From: Bacteroidota bacterium
GTDB taxonomy: Bacteria; Bacteroidota; Bacteroidia; 2-12-FULL-35-15
Direction of reading: 5' to 3'
Assembly (NCBI GenBank): GCA_005772895.1
Contig: SXIH01000040.1
Span: forward strand, 477 to 64,476
DNA: 64,000 nucleotides
A model generated the notes under the pieces. That model saw nothing but the letters and a program-made list of their open reading frames with translations, ran no database searches and had not been told where the DNA came from. How positions within the stretch are numbered: the first letter of the stretch is position 1; each line of letters starts with the position of its first letter. This document shows, in pieces, positions 33,393 to 43,797 of the stretch. The translations under genes were made by a program, and so were the position numbers.

Positions 33393-34871
33393 ATGCTTCA
33401 ATACATTCTAAAACGTATCCTGATTTTTATTCCCACTCTTATTGCGATTACACTTTTAGGTTTTATTATTAGTGTAAATGCTCCCGGGAATCCTGAAGAG
33501 AGAATGGTTACTTCTGCACAAGGGAACGGTGAAACAGGAGCACAATCTTTAGGGCAAATTCAAGAAAAAAAACGCTGGAGAACGAAATTAGGATTAGATC
33601 TTCCGGTTTTTTATTTCTCATTAACTTCTCTTTCTCGTCCGGATACACTTTATAAAATTGATGACAGAAATGAAAAAGAAGCACTCGATCGTTTAATTTC
33701 TAAGTATGGTAATTGGGAAAATATACAAGCATATCATATTTCTTTGAGTAAGTATTATGCTGCACAACTTTTATTTGTTGCTGATACAAATCAGTTAAAG
33801 CAATATGATAAAAATGCTGTGCTTGAAACGATCAATCAATTAAAGTTTGAAGTGTCGGCATTAAAAGCTTCGTATGAGCCTGCTATTATTAATGCTAAGA
33901 TGGATAAAGTAAGTGTTTTGCTTTCTTCTTATCCATTTTTATCTTCCTTTAAATCAGATTTCGAAAAAGTAAAGATTGATTATTTAGCAATAGAAAAAAA
34001 TGCTACTGCCTGGAAAAATTATATTCCCCGAATTGCATTTTATGGTTTTAAAAATCAATACCATCGTTGGTTGTTCGGTGATGGAGGAAAATTTTCAAAA
34101 GGTTTATTATTGCATGGCGATTTCGGAACATCTTATGTTACCCGGCAACCAATATCGGATGTGATTTATTCTAAAATCGGGTGGTCGCTTTTCTTTTCTA
34201 TGTTATCGGTTGTTTTGGCTTATGTTATAAGTATTCCAATAGGAGTAAGAGCAGCAGCAAAAAGAGGTTCCCGTTTTGACAGATACTCTTCTGTTATTTT
34301 ATTTTTGTTGTATTCTATGCCATCGTTTTGGCTGGCAACATTGCTAATTATGACATTTGCAAATACAGATGCATTATCGTGGCTTCCTGCATCGGGTGTG
34401 AAACCTGCTTTGGGATATCCTGACGGAGCTTCACTTTGGGAGATGATCAAAATTTCATTTCCATATATAATTCTTCCAGCTATTTGTTATACCTATAGTT
34501 CGTTTGCCTTTTTATCACGCACCATGCGAGTATCTATGTTGGATGTAGTGAATCAGGATTATATCAGAACTGCAAGAGCTAAAGGTTTACCCGAAAGTAA
34601 AGTTATTTGGAAGCACGGATTAAGAAATGCTTTATTGCCTATCATTACTGTTTTTGCAAATGTTTTTCCAGCGGCAATTGGTGGATCTGTAATCATCGAA
34701 AGCATTTTTACTATTCCAGGAATGGGTTCTGAAACAATTTATGCAATTCAGAACAATAATTATCCAATGATAATTGCTGTGCTTACAATTACTGGATTTT
34801 TAACGCTATTAGGTTATTTGATTTCCGACATATTATATGCTATTGTTGATCCCCGAATTTCTTATAAATGA
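33393..34871 (+). CDS. oppB: Peptide ABC transporter permease (OppB-like)
   Basis: MLQYILKRIL..IPTL, GDFGTS, QDYIRTARAKGL EAA motif, RNALLP, DPRI. Confidence 0.93.
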   Translation: MLQYILKRILIFIPTLIAITLLGFIISVNAPGNPEERMVTSAQGNGETGAQSLGQIQEKKRWRTKLGLDLPVFYFSLTSLSRPDTLYKIDDRNEKEALDRLISKYGNWENIQAYHISLSKYYAAQLLFVADTNQLKQYDKNAVLETINQLKFEVSALKASYEPAIINAKMDKVSVLLSSYPFLSSFKSDFEKVKIDYLAIEKNATAWKNYIPRIAFYGFKNQYHRWLFGDGGKFSKGLLLHGDFGTSYVTRQPISDVIYSKIGWSLFFSMLSVVLAYVISIPIGVRAAAKRGSRFDRYSSVILFLLYSMPSFWLATLLIMTFANTDALSWLPASGVKPALGYPDGASLWEMIKISFPYIILPAICYTYSSFAFLSRTMRVSMLDVVNQDYIRTARAKGLPESKVIWKHGLRNALLPIITVFANVFPAAIGGSVIIESIFTIPGMGSETIYAIQNNNYPMIIAVLTITGFLTLLGYLISDILYAIVDPRISYK

Positions 34872-36238
34872 TGGAAGAACAAAAAGAAAATATCTTAATT
34901 TCGGACTCCTGTCACTTCGAGCGGAGCCGAGAAGTTAATTTAAAAAAAATTGCATGGAAACAGTTTAAAAAAAATAAACCAGCATATTTTTCTTTTAAAA
35001 TTTTAATTGTACTTATTGTGCTCGCATTGATTTCGCCAATAATTGCAACCGATCAACCTTTGTACTGCAAATATAAAGGTGTGAACATGTTTCCTGCATT
35101 CTCGTTTTCAAATTCATGTGAAATAAAAAATGAAGACGGTTCAGTAGAAATTCTCCAATATGATATTGCTGAATGGAAATATTTAGATGCTACAACTATT
35201 ATTTTTGCACCTATTGCTTATGCACCAAACAAAACCGATTACGATAATGCTGATTATGTTGCACCAAATGGAAAGCAAGTATTCAAAGATAAAAGCGGAA
35301 ACCTTGTTGAAATGCCAACTAAATTCCGCCATTGGTTAGGAACCGGAAAGGCAGGAGAGGACGTGCTTTCTGGATTAATTAACGGAACGCGTGTTTCATT
35401 ATTAATAGGAATTTTGTCTATGACTATTGCTTCCTTCTTAGGAATTTTTTTAGGAGCAATAGCAGGATATTTTGGAGATAAAAAATTGCAGACTACCAGA
35501 GGTTCCTTCTGGACTATGGTTATAGGATTAGTATTTGCATACTATTATGGTTTTTCTGTCCGTTCATACAATATTGCAGATGCATTTGCAACTTCCGGTT
35601 TCGCAGTATTAACTCAGTTGATTATTAGTTTGATTATTTTTTCATTCGTCTCTTTTTTATTTTATCTCTTAGGAAAACAAATTGGAAAAATTTCATTTTT
35701 AAGCACACGAGTTTTTATTCCTGTTGATTCAATTGTTTCCCGCACAATCGAAATTTTAATTTCAATGCCTTTGCTGATTTTAATTATTTCTATTTCTGCA
35801 ATTGCAAAAGAAAAATCAATGATTAATCTAATGGTGATTATTGGTTTGACTACCTGGACAGGTATAGCTAGATTAACAAGAGCAGAGTTTTTGAGAATTA
35901 CCAATTTAGAATACATTCAAGCAGCAAAGTCCATGGGATTTAAAGAGTTTCATATAATGTTCAAACATGCTTTACCCAACGCACTGGCACCTGCTATGGT
36001 GGCTATTGCATTTGGTGTAGCTTCTGCTATTTTAATTGAGTCTTCATTATCGTTTTTAGGAGTAGGTGTTCCGCCATCTACAGTTACATGGGGTTCTTTA
36101 TTAAATGCTGGTCGGGAACAATTTAGTGCCTGGTGGTTGGTGGTCTTCCCGGGTTTAGCTATATTCTTAACCGTTACTATTTACAACCTATTAGGCGAAG
36201 GATTAAGAGATGCGCTTGATCCCAAATTGAAGAAGTAA
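34868..36238 (+). CDS. oppC: Peptide ABC transporter permease (OppC-like)
   Basis: AWKQFKKNK, HWLGT...G.DVLS, R.EFLR...EYI.AA...G, ESSLSFLG.G, GEGLRDALDP. Confidence 0.93.
   Translation: MMEEQKENILISDSCHFERSREVNLKKIAWKQFKKNKPAYFSFKILIVLIVLALISPIIATDQPLYCKYKGVNMFPAFSFSNSCEIKNEDGSVEILQYDIAEWKYLDATTIIFAPIAYAPNKTDYDNADYVAPNGKQVFKDKSGNLVEMPTKFRHWLGTGKAGEDVLSGLINGTRVSLLIGILSMTIASFLGIFLGAIAGYFGDKKLQTTRGSFWTMVIGLVFAYYYGFSVRSYNIADAFATSGFAVLTQLIISLIIFSFVSFLFYLLGKQIGKISFLSTRVFIPVDSIVSRTIEILISMPLLILIISISAIAKEKSMINLMVIIGLTTWTGIARLTRAEFLRITNLEYIQAAKSMGFKEFHIMFKHALPNALAPAMVAIAFGVASAILIESSLSFLGVGVPPSTVTWGSLLNAGREQFSAWWLVVFPGLAIFLTVTIYNLLGEGLRDALDPKLKK
34911..34932 (-). repeat. REP-like palindrome inside the oppC N-terminal coding region
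   Basis: GTCACTTCGAGCGGAGCCGAGA. Its reverse complement differs by 2 nt from the intergenic copy at 41341-41362. Confidence 0.7.
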
Positions 36239-36344
36239 ATATTAACAAAATCAATTATTTTCTTACATAACTAGGTAGTACTCTTGTATTTACAATTTAA
36301 TTTTCTTAACTTGCAGTATTGTTTAGCTACTCTCATTAAAAACG

Positions 36345-38366
36345 ATGAACATGAAAATCAAAAGTGTTTTAGTTATAATGTTACTCCTGTTTGCTTTCTC
36401 AAGCTTTTCTCAGGTAAAAAAATATATTGGTAAAGCCGAAAATGCAGTCTATATAGGCGACTGTCCCAAAGCAAAAGAATATTACTTAAAAGCCCTTGCA
36501 ATTGAAAAAGATAATTACCAGGCCAATTTAGGCTTAGGATTAACTATGGCTTATTTCATGGAAGATTTTGAAGATTGTTTGCCATATCTCGAAAATGCTT
36601 TAAGATTATCACCTGTGAACAATGTTTCCATTGATCTTTATTATGCATTAGGTAAAACCTATCATTATTTGGGGCGTTATACTGAAGCACTTACATATTA
36701 TGAAAAAATGATTGAATATGATGAACCAGATAACATCATGTTTCAACCGGAATTAAATAAGCGGATGGACGATTGTAAATACGCAATGGCAAATCCTCAA
36801 TTCAGTAATGCAAATAAATGGTATGTTGTAAATGCCGGAAAAACAATTAACACAGCAATGCCCGAATACGTTCCTGTTTTGATTGGTGATAATAAAATGA
36901 TTTTTACTTCTAAACGTAAAGACGATGAAAAAGAAAAAATCAATAAAGACAATGGACAGTATTTTGAAAGCATGTATATAACCGATATTAACAACGGTTA
37001 CACTTCTAATCCTTCGCGTTATTCAATTCCTTCTTTAAATCCAAAATCGAAATTTAAAAATTCTAATGAGTCTATTATTTCAATGATTCCTGGTACAAAG
37101 AAAATTTTTATTTATAAAGATCAGAAATTATATGAAGGCGATTTAACAGCAACTACAAAATCGCCCGATCAAATTAGTAAAGTCATCAATTTTGATGAAT
37201 ACCAGAATCATGCTTTTGTTGGTGAAGCTGGTAAGGAAATTTATTTTACTAGTGATGCCGAAAAAGGTTTAGGTGGGAATGATATATATCGTTCAGTTAA
37301 GTTGTCAGATGGAAGCTGGGGTGCTCCAGAAAATTTAGGCGAAGCAGTTAATACAAAATTTGAGGAAGAAGCTCCGTTTATGAGTGAAGATGGTAAAACA
37401 TTGTTTTTTGCTTCTACCGGACATCCAGGTTATGGAGGATTTGATATTTATAAAACTGTTTATGAAAATGGAAAATGGTCAACTCCAGTAAATATGGGTC
37501 AGCCGTTTAATAGTCCTGCAAACGATTTATTTTATGTTGGCTCATCCGATGGAACAGTAGGATATATGTCTTCTTCCCGTAAAGGTGGAAATGGCGATAT
37601 GGATATTTATAAAATAAATTATACCGATAAATTACCTAAGAATTGTAATTCAAATCTTAGTTCGAGTTTGGTTATAAACTATAAAGAGATTTCTACTGGT
37701 AGTAGTCGTTATGAATTATCTTCAACAATTCCGAATGATTTGAGAGATAAGATAATTTCTTATGAATTAATGGTTAATGATTCAGTTGTGAGTGATTCCT
37801 ATTCAGCTTTGGAATATGATTTTAAATCAAATGGAAATTATTTACTAAAAGCTAAAGTGGTTGCGTGGTGTGATACTTGCATCAATTTATTTGTAGCATG
37901 TAATGAAACCAGATTGGAAATCAAAAAAGCAGAAGCAATTCTTCCTGTTTTAGCTTCATTGGATGATTTAAATATAATTCACGGAGAACTAAATAGTGAT
38001 GTGTTGAAACAGTTAGGCTTTGATTTCACTTCTCTGTATTTTGATAATAATAGTTATACGCTTCGTGCAGATGCAGTTGCATCATTGGAGAAAAATATTG
38101 AATTGTTAAAAAAATATCCTGATTTTAAAATTGTTTTAAATGGTTATACGGATGCTAAAGGTGCGGAAGATCATAACAGACGACTGTCAAGAAACCGTGC
38201 AGATGCTGTTAAACAATTCTTAAAACAATATTCACTTAAAAATAAAGTGGATGTAAATGGCAAAGGAGAAACCGACCTTGTAAATAATTGTGGTAACGAT
38301 TCTGATTGTGATGACACTTTACATCAGAAAAACAGAAGAGTGGAAATAAAAATTGTAAAAAAATAG
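36345..38366 (+). CDS. TPR + PD40 + OmpA-domain protein (PorE-like architecture)
   Basis: N-terminal TPRs, GG.DIY / EEAPF...DG..LFFAS PD40 repeats, C-terminal YFD...GYTD..G....N..LS..RA...NRRVEI. Confidence 0.9.
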   Translation: MNMKIKSVLVIMLLLFAFSSFSQVKKYIGKAENAVYIGDCPKAKEYYLKALAIEKDNYQANLGLGLTMAYFMEDFEDCLPYLENALRLSPVNNVSIDLYYALGKTYHYLGRYTEALTYYEKMIEYDEPDNIMFQPELNKRMDDCKYAMANPQFSNANKWYVVNAGKTINTAMPEYVPVLIGDNKMIFTSKRKDDEKEKINKDNGQYFESMYITDINNGYTSNPSRYSIPSLNPKSKFKNSNESIISMIPGTKKIFIYKDQKLYEGDLTATTKSPDQISKVINFDEYQNHAFVGEAGKEIYFTSDAEKGLGGNDIYRSVKLSDGSWGAPENLGEAVNTKFEEEAPFMSEDGKTLFFASTGHPGYGGFDIYKTVYENGKWSTPVNMGQPFNSPANDLFYVGSSDGTVGYMSSSRKGGNGDMDIYKINYTDKLPKNCNSNLSSSLVINYKEISTGSSRYELSSTIPNDLRDKIISYELMVNDSVVSDSYSALEYDFKSNGNYLLKAKVVAWCDTCINLFVACNETRLEIKKAEAILPVLASLDDLNIIHGELNSDVLKQLGFDFTSLYFDNNSYTLRADAVASLEKNIELLKKYPDFKIVLNGYTDAKGAEDHNRRLSRNRADAVKQFLKQYSLKNKVDVNGKGETDLVNNCGNDSDCDDTLHQKNRRVEIKIVKK

Positions 38367-38376
38367 AATATTATCT

Positions 38377-39201
38377 CTATTCTTTTTTACCGAAGACATA
38401 TTTAATTCCAATATTTGCACCCCAGCTGCTATAAGGTAAATATATCTTTAATGATTTATTGTTTTGGTAAGGTTCTATGCTAACGCTTGGGTTATAACTA
38501 TCTACAAATTCTGTTACTTTTTCTCTCTGATCCAATGTTGCAAGTTTATCTTCTCCATTAATAGTATAGCTGGTTGTTTCTAGTTGTTTTGGTGCCCACG
38601 ATTGAGAAATAAAGTTTATTTCAGCAAATAAACCCCATTTATCTGTTAAGTCAATATCCAATCCTAAATTCCCTTTAAATCCAAAGGACATCCCGCCACT
38701 GAAAACAGCTGTTTCTTCAATCTTATCGATATTGCCACCCCACATAGAATAGTAGCTTACAGATTTATCAGTTAATGTTGTTCCTAAACCAAGTACACAT
38801 CCGATTTTTGCATAAGGTTTTATTCTGTTTTCTGCGGCCGAAAATTTCAAGGTCGGAATAATGCGATACATTCTTCCCCTTAGTTGTTCTGTTTGTGGAG
38901 GGGTATACGGATCCATTGCATCTGTAAATTCTACTTTATCACCAATCAGATAAGTGAAATCAATTTCTGCAGCTAAATTTTTATTGAAATGATATCCAAC
39001 CCCAATCCCAAAATCTAATCCTTTGCCAAAAGAGCTTTTTACAGATTCAATTTTGCTAGGACTATAATTAGCACTTATACTCATAGGAGCTAAGTCAAAC
39101 CCATAAGAAGTGTTTGTGTTAATATAAAACTGTGCTTTAGAGCAAAGCGCTGTAATAATAATAATAATAATAAATGTAGCAGTTGTTTTTAATGTTCTCA
39201 T
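38377..39201 (-). CDS. Outer-membrane beta-barrel protein
   Basis: Signal peptide, amphipathic strands, C-terminal GANIGIKYVFG. Confidence 0.75.
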   Translation of the reverse strand: MRTLKTTATFIIIIIITALCSKAQFYINTNTSYGFDLAPMSISANYSPSKIESVKSSFGKGLDFGIGVGYHFNKNLAAEIDFTYLIGDKVEFTDAMDPYTPPQTEQLRGRMYRIIPTLKFSAAENRIKPYAKIGCVLGLGTTLTDKSVSYYSMWGGNIDKIEETAVFSGGMSFGFKGNLGLDIDLTDKWGLFAEINFISQSWAPKQLETTSYTINGEDKLATLDQREKVTEFVDSYNPSVSIEPYQNNKSLKIYLPYSSWGANIGIKYVFGKKE

Positions 39202-39407
39202 AGTATTATTTTTTTATCAAAGATTGTTCATTATGAAATAGTGCAGAATGATTTATGTCATATTACATGGTGGGTTTTGTCATATACTTATGCTGATATA
39301 TGAATACTATGTATTAATCACATTCAACTGTTAAAAACTTCCTCTATTCCCTTTTTTAACAATCATTTGATTTTCTAAGTTTATCTTTAAATAAACACTT
39401 ATTAATT

Positions 39408-39434
39408 CCTTCCCTTTGGGGAGGTTAGGAGGGG
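39408..39434 (+). repeat. REP-like palindrome directly before the mpl start
   Basis: CCTTCCC-TTT-GGGGAGG-TTAGGAGGGG, same class as 52314-52349. Confidence 0.6.
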
Positions 39435-39436
39435 CC

Positions 39437-40804
39437 ATGAATGTACACTTAATAGCAATTGGCGGAAGCGCCATGCACAATATGGCTATTGCCATGCATA
39501 AAAAAGGTTTTAATGTCACTGGTTCTGATGACGAAATTTTTGAACCATCTAAAAGCCGTTTGTCTAAACTTAATTTGCTTCCTGCAAAAGAAGGTTGGGA
39601 CACAAACAATATTCATTCAGGTTTAGATGCTGTTATTTTAGGTATGCATGCACGTATTGATAATCCTGAATTAATCAAAGCTCAGGAGTTAGGACTGAAG
39701 ATTTATTCGTATCCTGAATATATTTACGAGCAGACAAAAGATAAAACCAGAGTAGTAGTTGGTGGAAGTCATGGAAAAACAACAATTACCGCAATGATTT
39801 TACACGTTTTAAATTTTCATAAGATTGATTGTGATTATTTAGTAGGAGCACAGCTGGAAGGTTTTGATACTATGGTAAAATTAACTAAAGAGGCAAAAAT
39901 TGCAGTAATTGAGGGAGATGAATATTTAAGCTCGCCAATCGACCGCAGACCCAAGTTTCATTTGTACAAACCCAACATTGCTATTTTAAGCGGAATAGCC
40001 TGGGATCATATCAATGTATTCCCCACTTTTGATTTTTATGTAGAACAGTTTCAAATTTTTGTAAATCAGATAGAGCAGGGTGGAAGCTTAGTTTATTGTG
40101 AATTGGATAAAGAAGTAAAGAAAGTATGCGAACTTGCCCGTGCAGACATAAAAAAGTTTCCTTACTCAGTGCCAAGCCATAAAATAGAAAACGGGATAAC
40201 TTATCTTACTGGACAAAACCCAGAAACAGAACTAAACATTTTCGGTGACCACAATCTTATGAATTTGAACGGAGCCCGATTAGTTTGCAATCAGCTGAAC
40301 ATAACTGACGAACAATTTTACCAAGCCATTCAAAGTTTCAAAGGTGCGGCAAAACGTTTGGAATTAGTAAAACGAAATGAAGTCACAGCTATGTATAAAG
40401 ATTTTGCACATTCTCCTTCCAAATTAAAAGCAACTACTCAAGCAGTAAAAAAACAATTTCCGAATCGTAAATTAATTGCTTGTATGGAGTTACATACTTT
40501 TAGTAGTCTTACTGAAGAGTTTTTAAAAGAATACAAAGGTTCCATGGAATTAGCAGATGATGCTATTGTATATTTTAACCAGCATACCATTGAACATAAG
40601 AAACTCAAGCCAATTACTGAAGAGCAAGTAAAGAATGCTTTTGGTGGAAATAATATCAGAGTTATCACCAATACTCAAGTATTACAGGAAGAGCTTTTGA
40701 AAATGAATTTCGAAAATAAAAATCTCCTGATGATGAGCTCAGGGAATTTTGATGGAATTGATTTTAAGGCTTTGGGTGAGAAGATTGTAATTAATTCTCA
40801 CTAA
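39437..40804 (+). CDS. mpl: Mur ligase, Mpl/MurC-like peptidoglycan recycling ligase
   Basis: VHLIAIGGSAM, GSHGKTT, IEGDEY, DFAHSP. Start moved from 39416. Confidence 0.88.
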   Translation: MNVHLIAIGGSAMHNMAIAMHKKGFNVTGSDDEIFEPSKSRLSKLNLLPAKEGWDTNNIHSGLDAVILGMHARIDNPELIKAQELGLKIYSYPEYIYEQTKDKTRVVVGGSHGKTTITAMILHVLNFHKIDCDYLVGAQLEGFDTMVKLTKEAKIAVIEGDEYLSSPIDRRPKFHLYKPNIAILSGIAWDHINVFPTFDFYVEQFQIFVNQIEQGGSLVYCELDKEVKKVCELARADIKKFPYSVPSHKIENGITYLTGQNPETELNIFGDHNLMNLNGARLVCNQLNITDEQFYQAIQSFKGAAKRLELVKRNEVTAMYKDFAHSPSKLKATTQAVKKQFPNRKLIACMELHTFSSLTEEFLKEYKGSMELADDAIVYFNQHTIEHKKLKPITEEQVKNAFGGNNIRVITNTQVLQEELLKMNFENKNLLMMSSGNFDGIDFKALGEKIVINSH

Positions 40805-41303
40805 AAGGAGGTGTGGGATTTTTTCTCTGAAAAATTGCACTTGCAATTAACGAAGAAATTAATCCAAAGAATAGAACCGGAGGAACTAATTTAAATGAAT
40901 TGAAAGTGCTTCTTTCAGCAATTAGAAATTCATTTAATTCATCACCTGAAAGCGTTTTAGCAAACTCAGAATTTTTGGCCTCACTTAAAAAGAAATCAAT
41001 GGTGTCGGGAGTGATGAATTTGTAATAGATGTAGTTAAAAATGACTATTACCAAAGCTATCATTAAGCTATAGACTACTCCAGCCCTTAATCCCTGACTA
41101 AATTCTAAGAACCCATTTTTGCTTTTTCTTGTAAGAAAAATAGTAAGGAAAATACCCGATATTAAAACTCCCAGAGTAACATAGTTTCTATAGATGTAAA
41201 CTTCAACAGAATAAAATCCAAGCGATTTTGCAAACAAATACCAGGCAATACAAATAATTAATCCTGCTATAATTCCTAGTTTTACATTTATTCCAATCTT
41301 CAT
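40791..41303 (-). CDS. DUF4199-like membrane protein
   Basis: 4 TM with K.G.I.G...G.L.FS.GL..G...S pattern. Confidence 0.7.
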   Translation of the reverse strand: MKIGINVKLGIIAGLIICIAWYLFAKSLGFYSVEVYIYRNYVTLGVLISGIFLTIFLTRKSKNGFLEFSQGLRAGVVYSLMIALVIVIFNYIYYKFITPDTIDFFLSEAKNSEFAKTLSGDELNEFLIAERSTFNSFKLVPPVLFFGLISSLIASAIFQRKNPTPPFSEN

Positions 41304-41340
41304 ACTGATTTAACTTTCATTCACTTTATAACTCCCTTGT

Positions 41341-41460
41341 TCTCGACTCCGCTCGAACTGACGGGTGTTTTATTGTCTATTGTATACTGTCTACTTTTCT
41401 TTCGGTTTTTTGTCTTCCGTCTTTTGCCTATTGCCAACTTTTTGAATTTTGACTTTTTTC
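41341..41460 (+). repeat. REP (41341-41362) followed by degenerate heptamer repeats
   Basis: TCTCGACTCCGCTCGAACTGAC, then about 7-bp periodic TATTGTC/TACTGTC/GTCTTCC-type units. Confidence 0.55.
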
Positions 41461-41469
41461 TCGTTTAAC

Positions 41470-43047
41470 TTATCCGTTCATCGAAATCAAAAACTCCTCA
41501 TTTGTCTGAGTATTTTTAATTCTGTCTTTCATAAATTCCATTGCTTCTACCGGATTCATGTCCGACAAGTGTTTACGCAAGATCCAAACTCTTTGCTGTG
41601 TATCTTTGTCCACCAATAAGTCATCTCTTCGTGTACTTGATGCAACAATATCAATTGCAGGGTAAATACGTTTGTTTGCAATTTTTCTATCCAATTGAAT
41701 TTCGGAGTTACCTGTTCCTTTAAATTCTTCAAAGATTACCTCATCCATTTTAGAACCAGTCTCCGTTAAAGCTGTTGCAATAATTGTTAATGAACCGCCA
41801 CCTTCAATTTTACGCGCAGCTCCGAAGAAACGTTTTGGTTTGTGTAATGCATTTGCATCCACACCTCCTGATAATACTTTTCCTGATGCAGGTTGTACTG
41901 TATTGTAAGCACGTGCTAAACGAGTGATTGAATCTAAAAGAATACAAACATCGTGTCCGCACTCTACCATTCGTTTTGCTTTTTCCAAAACAATGTTGGC
42001 AATTTTTACGTGACGATCTGCAGGTTCATCAAATGTTGAAGCAATAACTTCTGCCTTTACGCTACGAGCCATGTCTGTTACCTCTTCCGGACGCTCATCA
42101 ATCAATAGAATGATTAAATAAGTTTCAGGATGATTTGCAGAAATTGCATTTGCGATATCTTTTAATAAAACCGTTTTACCTGTTTTTGGCTGTGCCACAA
42201 TCAATGCACGTTGTCCTTTTCCAATAGGCGTGATCAAATCAACAATACGGGATGAAAGGTTTTGCTGTGCATGACCAGTCATATTAAATTTCTCGTAAGG
42301 AAATAATGGAGTTAAATAATCAAAAGGAACTCGATCACGTACAAATGCTGGTTCGCGACCGTTTATTTTTTCTACTTTAATTAATGGGAAATATTTTTCA
42401 CCTTCTTTTGGCGGACGAATAGTTCCTCTTACAGTATCACCTGTTTTTAAACCGAAAAGTTTTATTTGTGATTGAGATACATAAATATCATCGGGTGAGT
42501 TCAAATAGTTGTAATCCGATGAACGCAAAAAACCGTATCCATCAGGCATAATTTCCAACACACCTTCGCTGGAAACAATTCCATCAAAATTGTATATATC
42601 AGTAGGGCGGGCGTTATTGTATTTCGAACGGTTTTGATTGTCTTTATTATCGCTGTTTCCGTTATTTTCTTGAGAAGATTGATTTTGGTTGGTAACATTT
42701 TCTGAAGAGGTTTCAGAAACTACCGGAGGGTTTTCATTGGTAACAGATGATTCACTTTTTGTTGTTTCAAAATCATCGTCATTAAAAATAGCAGCAGGTT
42801 CTACTTCTTGTTTTGCCTTAGGTTCGTTTTCTGAACTTTCCGGTCTGTTTTTTCGTGGACGAAGTATTCGTTCATCCGATTTTGTATGTGAGGTTTTAGA
42901 TTCTGAAGGCTTTATTGCCTGCTGATCTAAAATTTTATAGATCAATTCTTGTTTTTTTAAAGCTTCGTATTTGGGGATATCCAAGCTTTTTGCAATGTCT
43001 CTTAATTCACCAACAAGTTTGTTGTTTAATTCAATAATGTCGTACAT
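41470..43047 (-). CDS. rho: Transcription termination factor Rho with N-terminal insertion
   Basis: [47 protein letters not shown]. Confidence 0.99.
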   Translation of the reverse strand: MYDIIELNNKLVGELRDIAKSLDIPKYEALKKQELIYKILDQQAIKPSESKTSHTKSDERILRPRKNRPESSENEPKAKQEVEPAAIFNDDDFETTKSESSVTNENPPVVSETSSENVTNQNQSSQENNGNSDNKDNQNRSKYNNARPTDIYNFDGIVSSEGVLEIMPDGYGFLRSSDYNYLNSPDDIYVSQSQIKLFGLKTGDTVRGTIRPPKEGEKYFPLIKVEKINGREPAFVRDRVPFDYLTPLFPYEKFNMTGHAQQNLSSRIVDLITPIGKGQRALIVAQPKTGKTVLLKDIANAISANHPETYLIILLIDERPEEVTDMARSVKAEVIASTFDEPADRHVKIANIVLEKAKRMVECGHDVCILLDSITRLARAYNTVQPASGKVLSGGVDANALHKPKRFFGAARKIEGGGSLTIIATALTETGSKMDEVIFEEFKGTGNSEIQLDRKIANKRIYPAIDIVASSTRRDDLLVDKDTQQRVWILRKHLSDMNPVEAMEFMKDRIKNTQTNEEFLISMNG

Positions 43048-43228
43048 AGGTTGTTTGTTAGGTTAATACATCAATTCGGATGATTGATTTTTTAGGATAG
43101 AAGTAAAAATAATTTGTGTGTTTTATTCGATAAAATTTTGATTGTTTTTTGTTATGTGAATACATAACAGCGAAACGCAATACAATAATACGAAGAATTT
43201 TTAATATACAAGTAAAAATAACTAAAAT

Positions 43229-43726
43229 TTAGGCTCTTTTCCCTAATTCTATCACCTCTAAATCCTTAATCTTATCACTATCAATTGTAAATCTTACCAT
43301 TGTTTTTACATTATGAAAACCATGATTCCCAGCTGCTCCCGGGTTAATGTGCAGTAATTTAAACTTGTCATCATACATTACTTTTAATATATGTGAATGT
43401 CCGCATATAAATAATTGGGGTTTATGTTCTTTTATTTCTTTTAATGCTTCAGCAGAATATCTGTTTGGATAACCACCAATATGTGTCATAAAAATTTTCA
43501 CTTTTTCACATGTAAAAATTTGATTTAAAGGATGCACTTTTCTGACATCAGTTCCATCAATATTTCCATAAACCGCAATTACAGGTTTGATTTTTGAAAG
43601 TTCATCGGTAATTGAAATGGTTCCTATATCACCTGCATGCCATATCTGGTCACAGGAATCAAAATATTTAAAAATTTTTGGATCTAGATAATTGTGTGTA
43701 TCTGATAAAAGTGCGATGCGTAACAT
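43229..43726 (-). CDS. Metallophosphoesterase (YfcE-like)
   Basis: LSDTH, HAGD, VYGNID, THIGG, GHSH, NPGA. Confidence 0.92.
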   Translation of the reverse strand: MLRIALLSDTHNYLDPKIFKYFDSCDQIWHAGDIGTISITDELSKIKPVIAVYGNIDGTDVRKVHPLNQIFTCEKVKIFMTHIGGYPNRYSAEALKEIKEHKPQLFICGHSHILKVMYDDKFKLLHINPGAAGNHGFHNVKTMVRFTIDSDKIKDLEVIELGKRA

Positions 43727-43740
43727 TGTACAATATTAAA

Positions 43741-43775
43741 AAAAATGTCCCGAGTTTTTAGCTCAGGACATTTTT
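43741..43775. terminator. Bidirectional-type terminator
   Basis: AAAAATGTCCCGAG-loop-CTCAGGACATTTTT. Confidence 0.7.
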
Positions 43776-43797
43776 AAATTTTAATTAAATGCACAAT

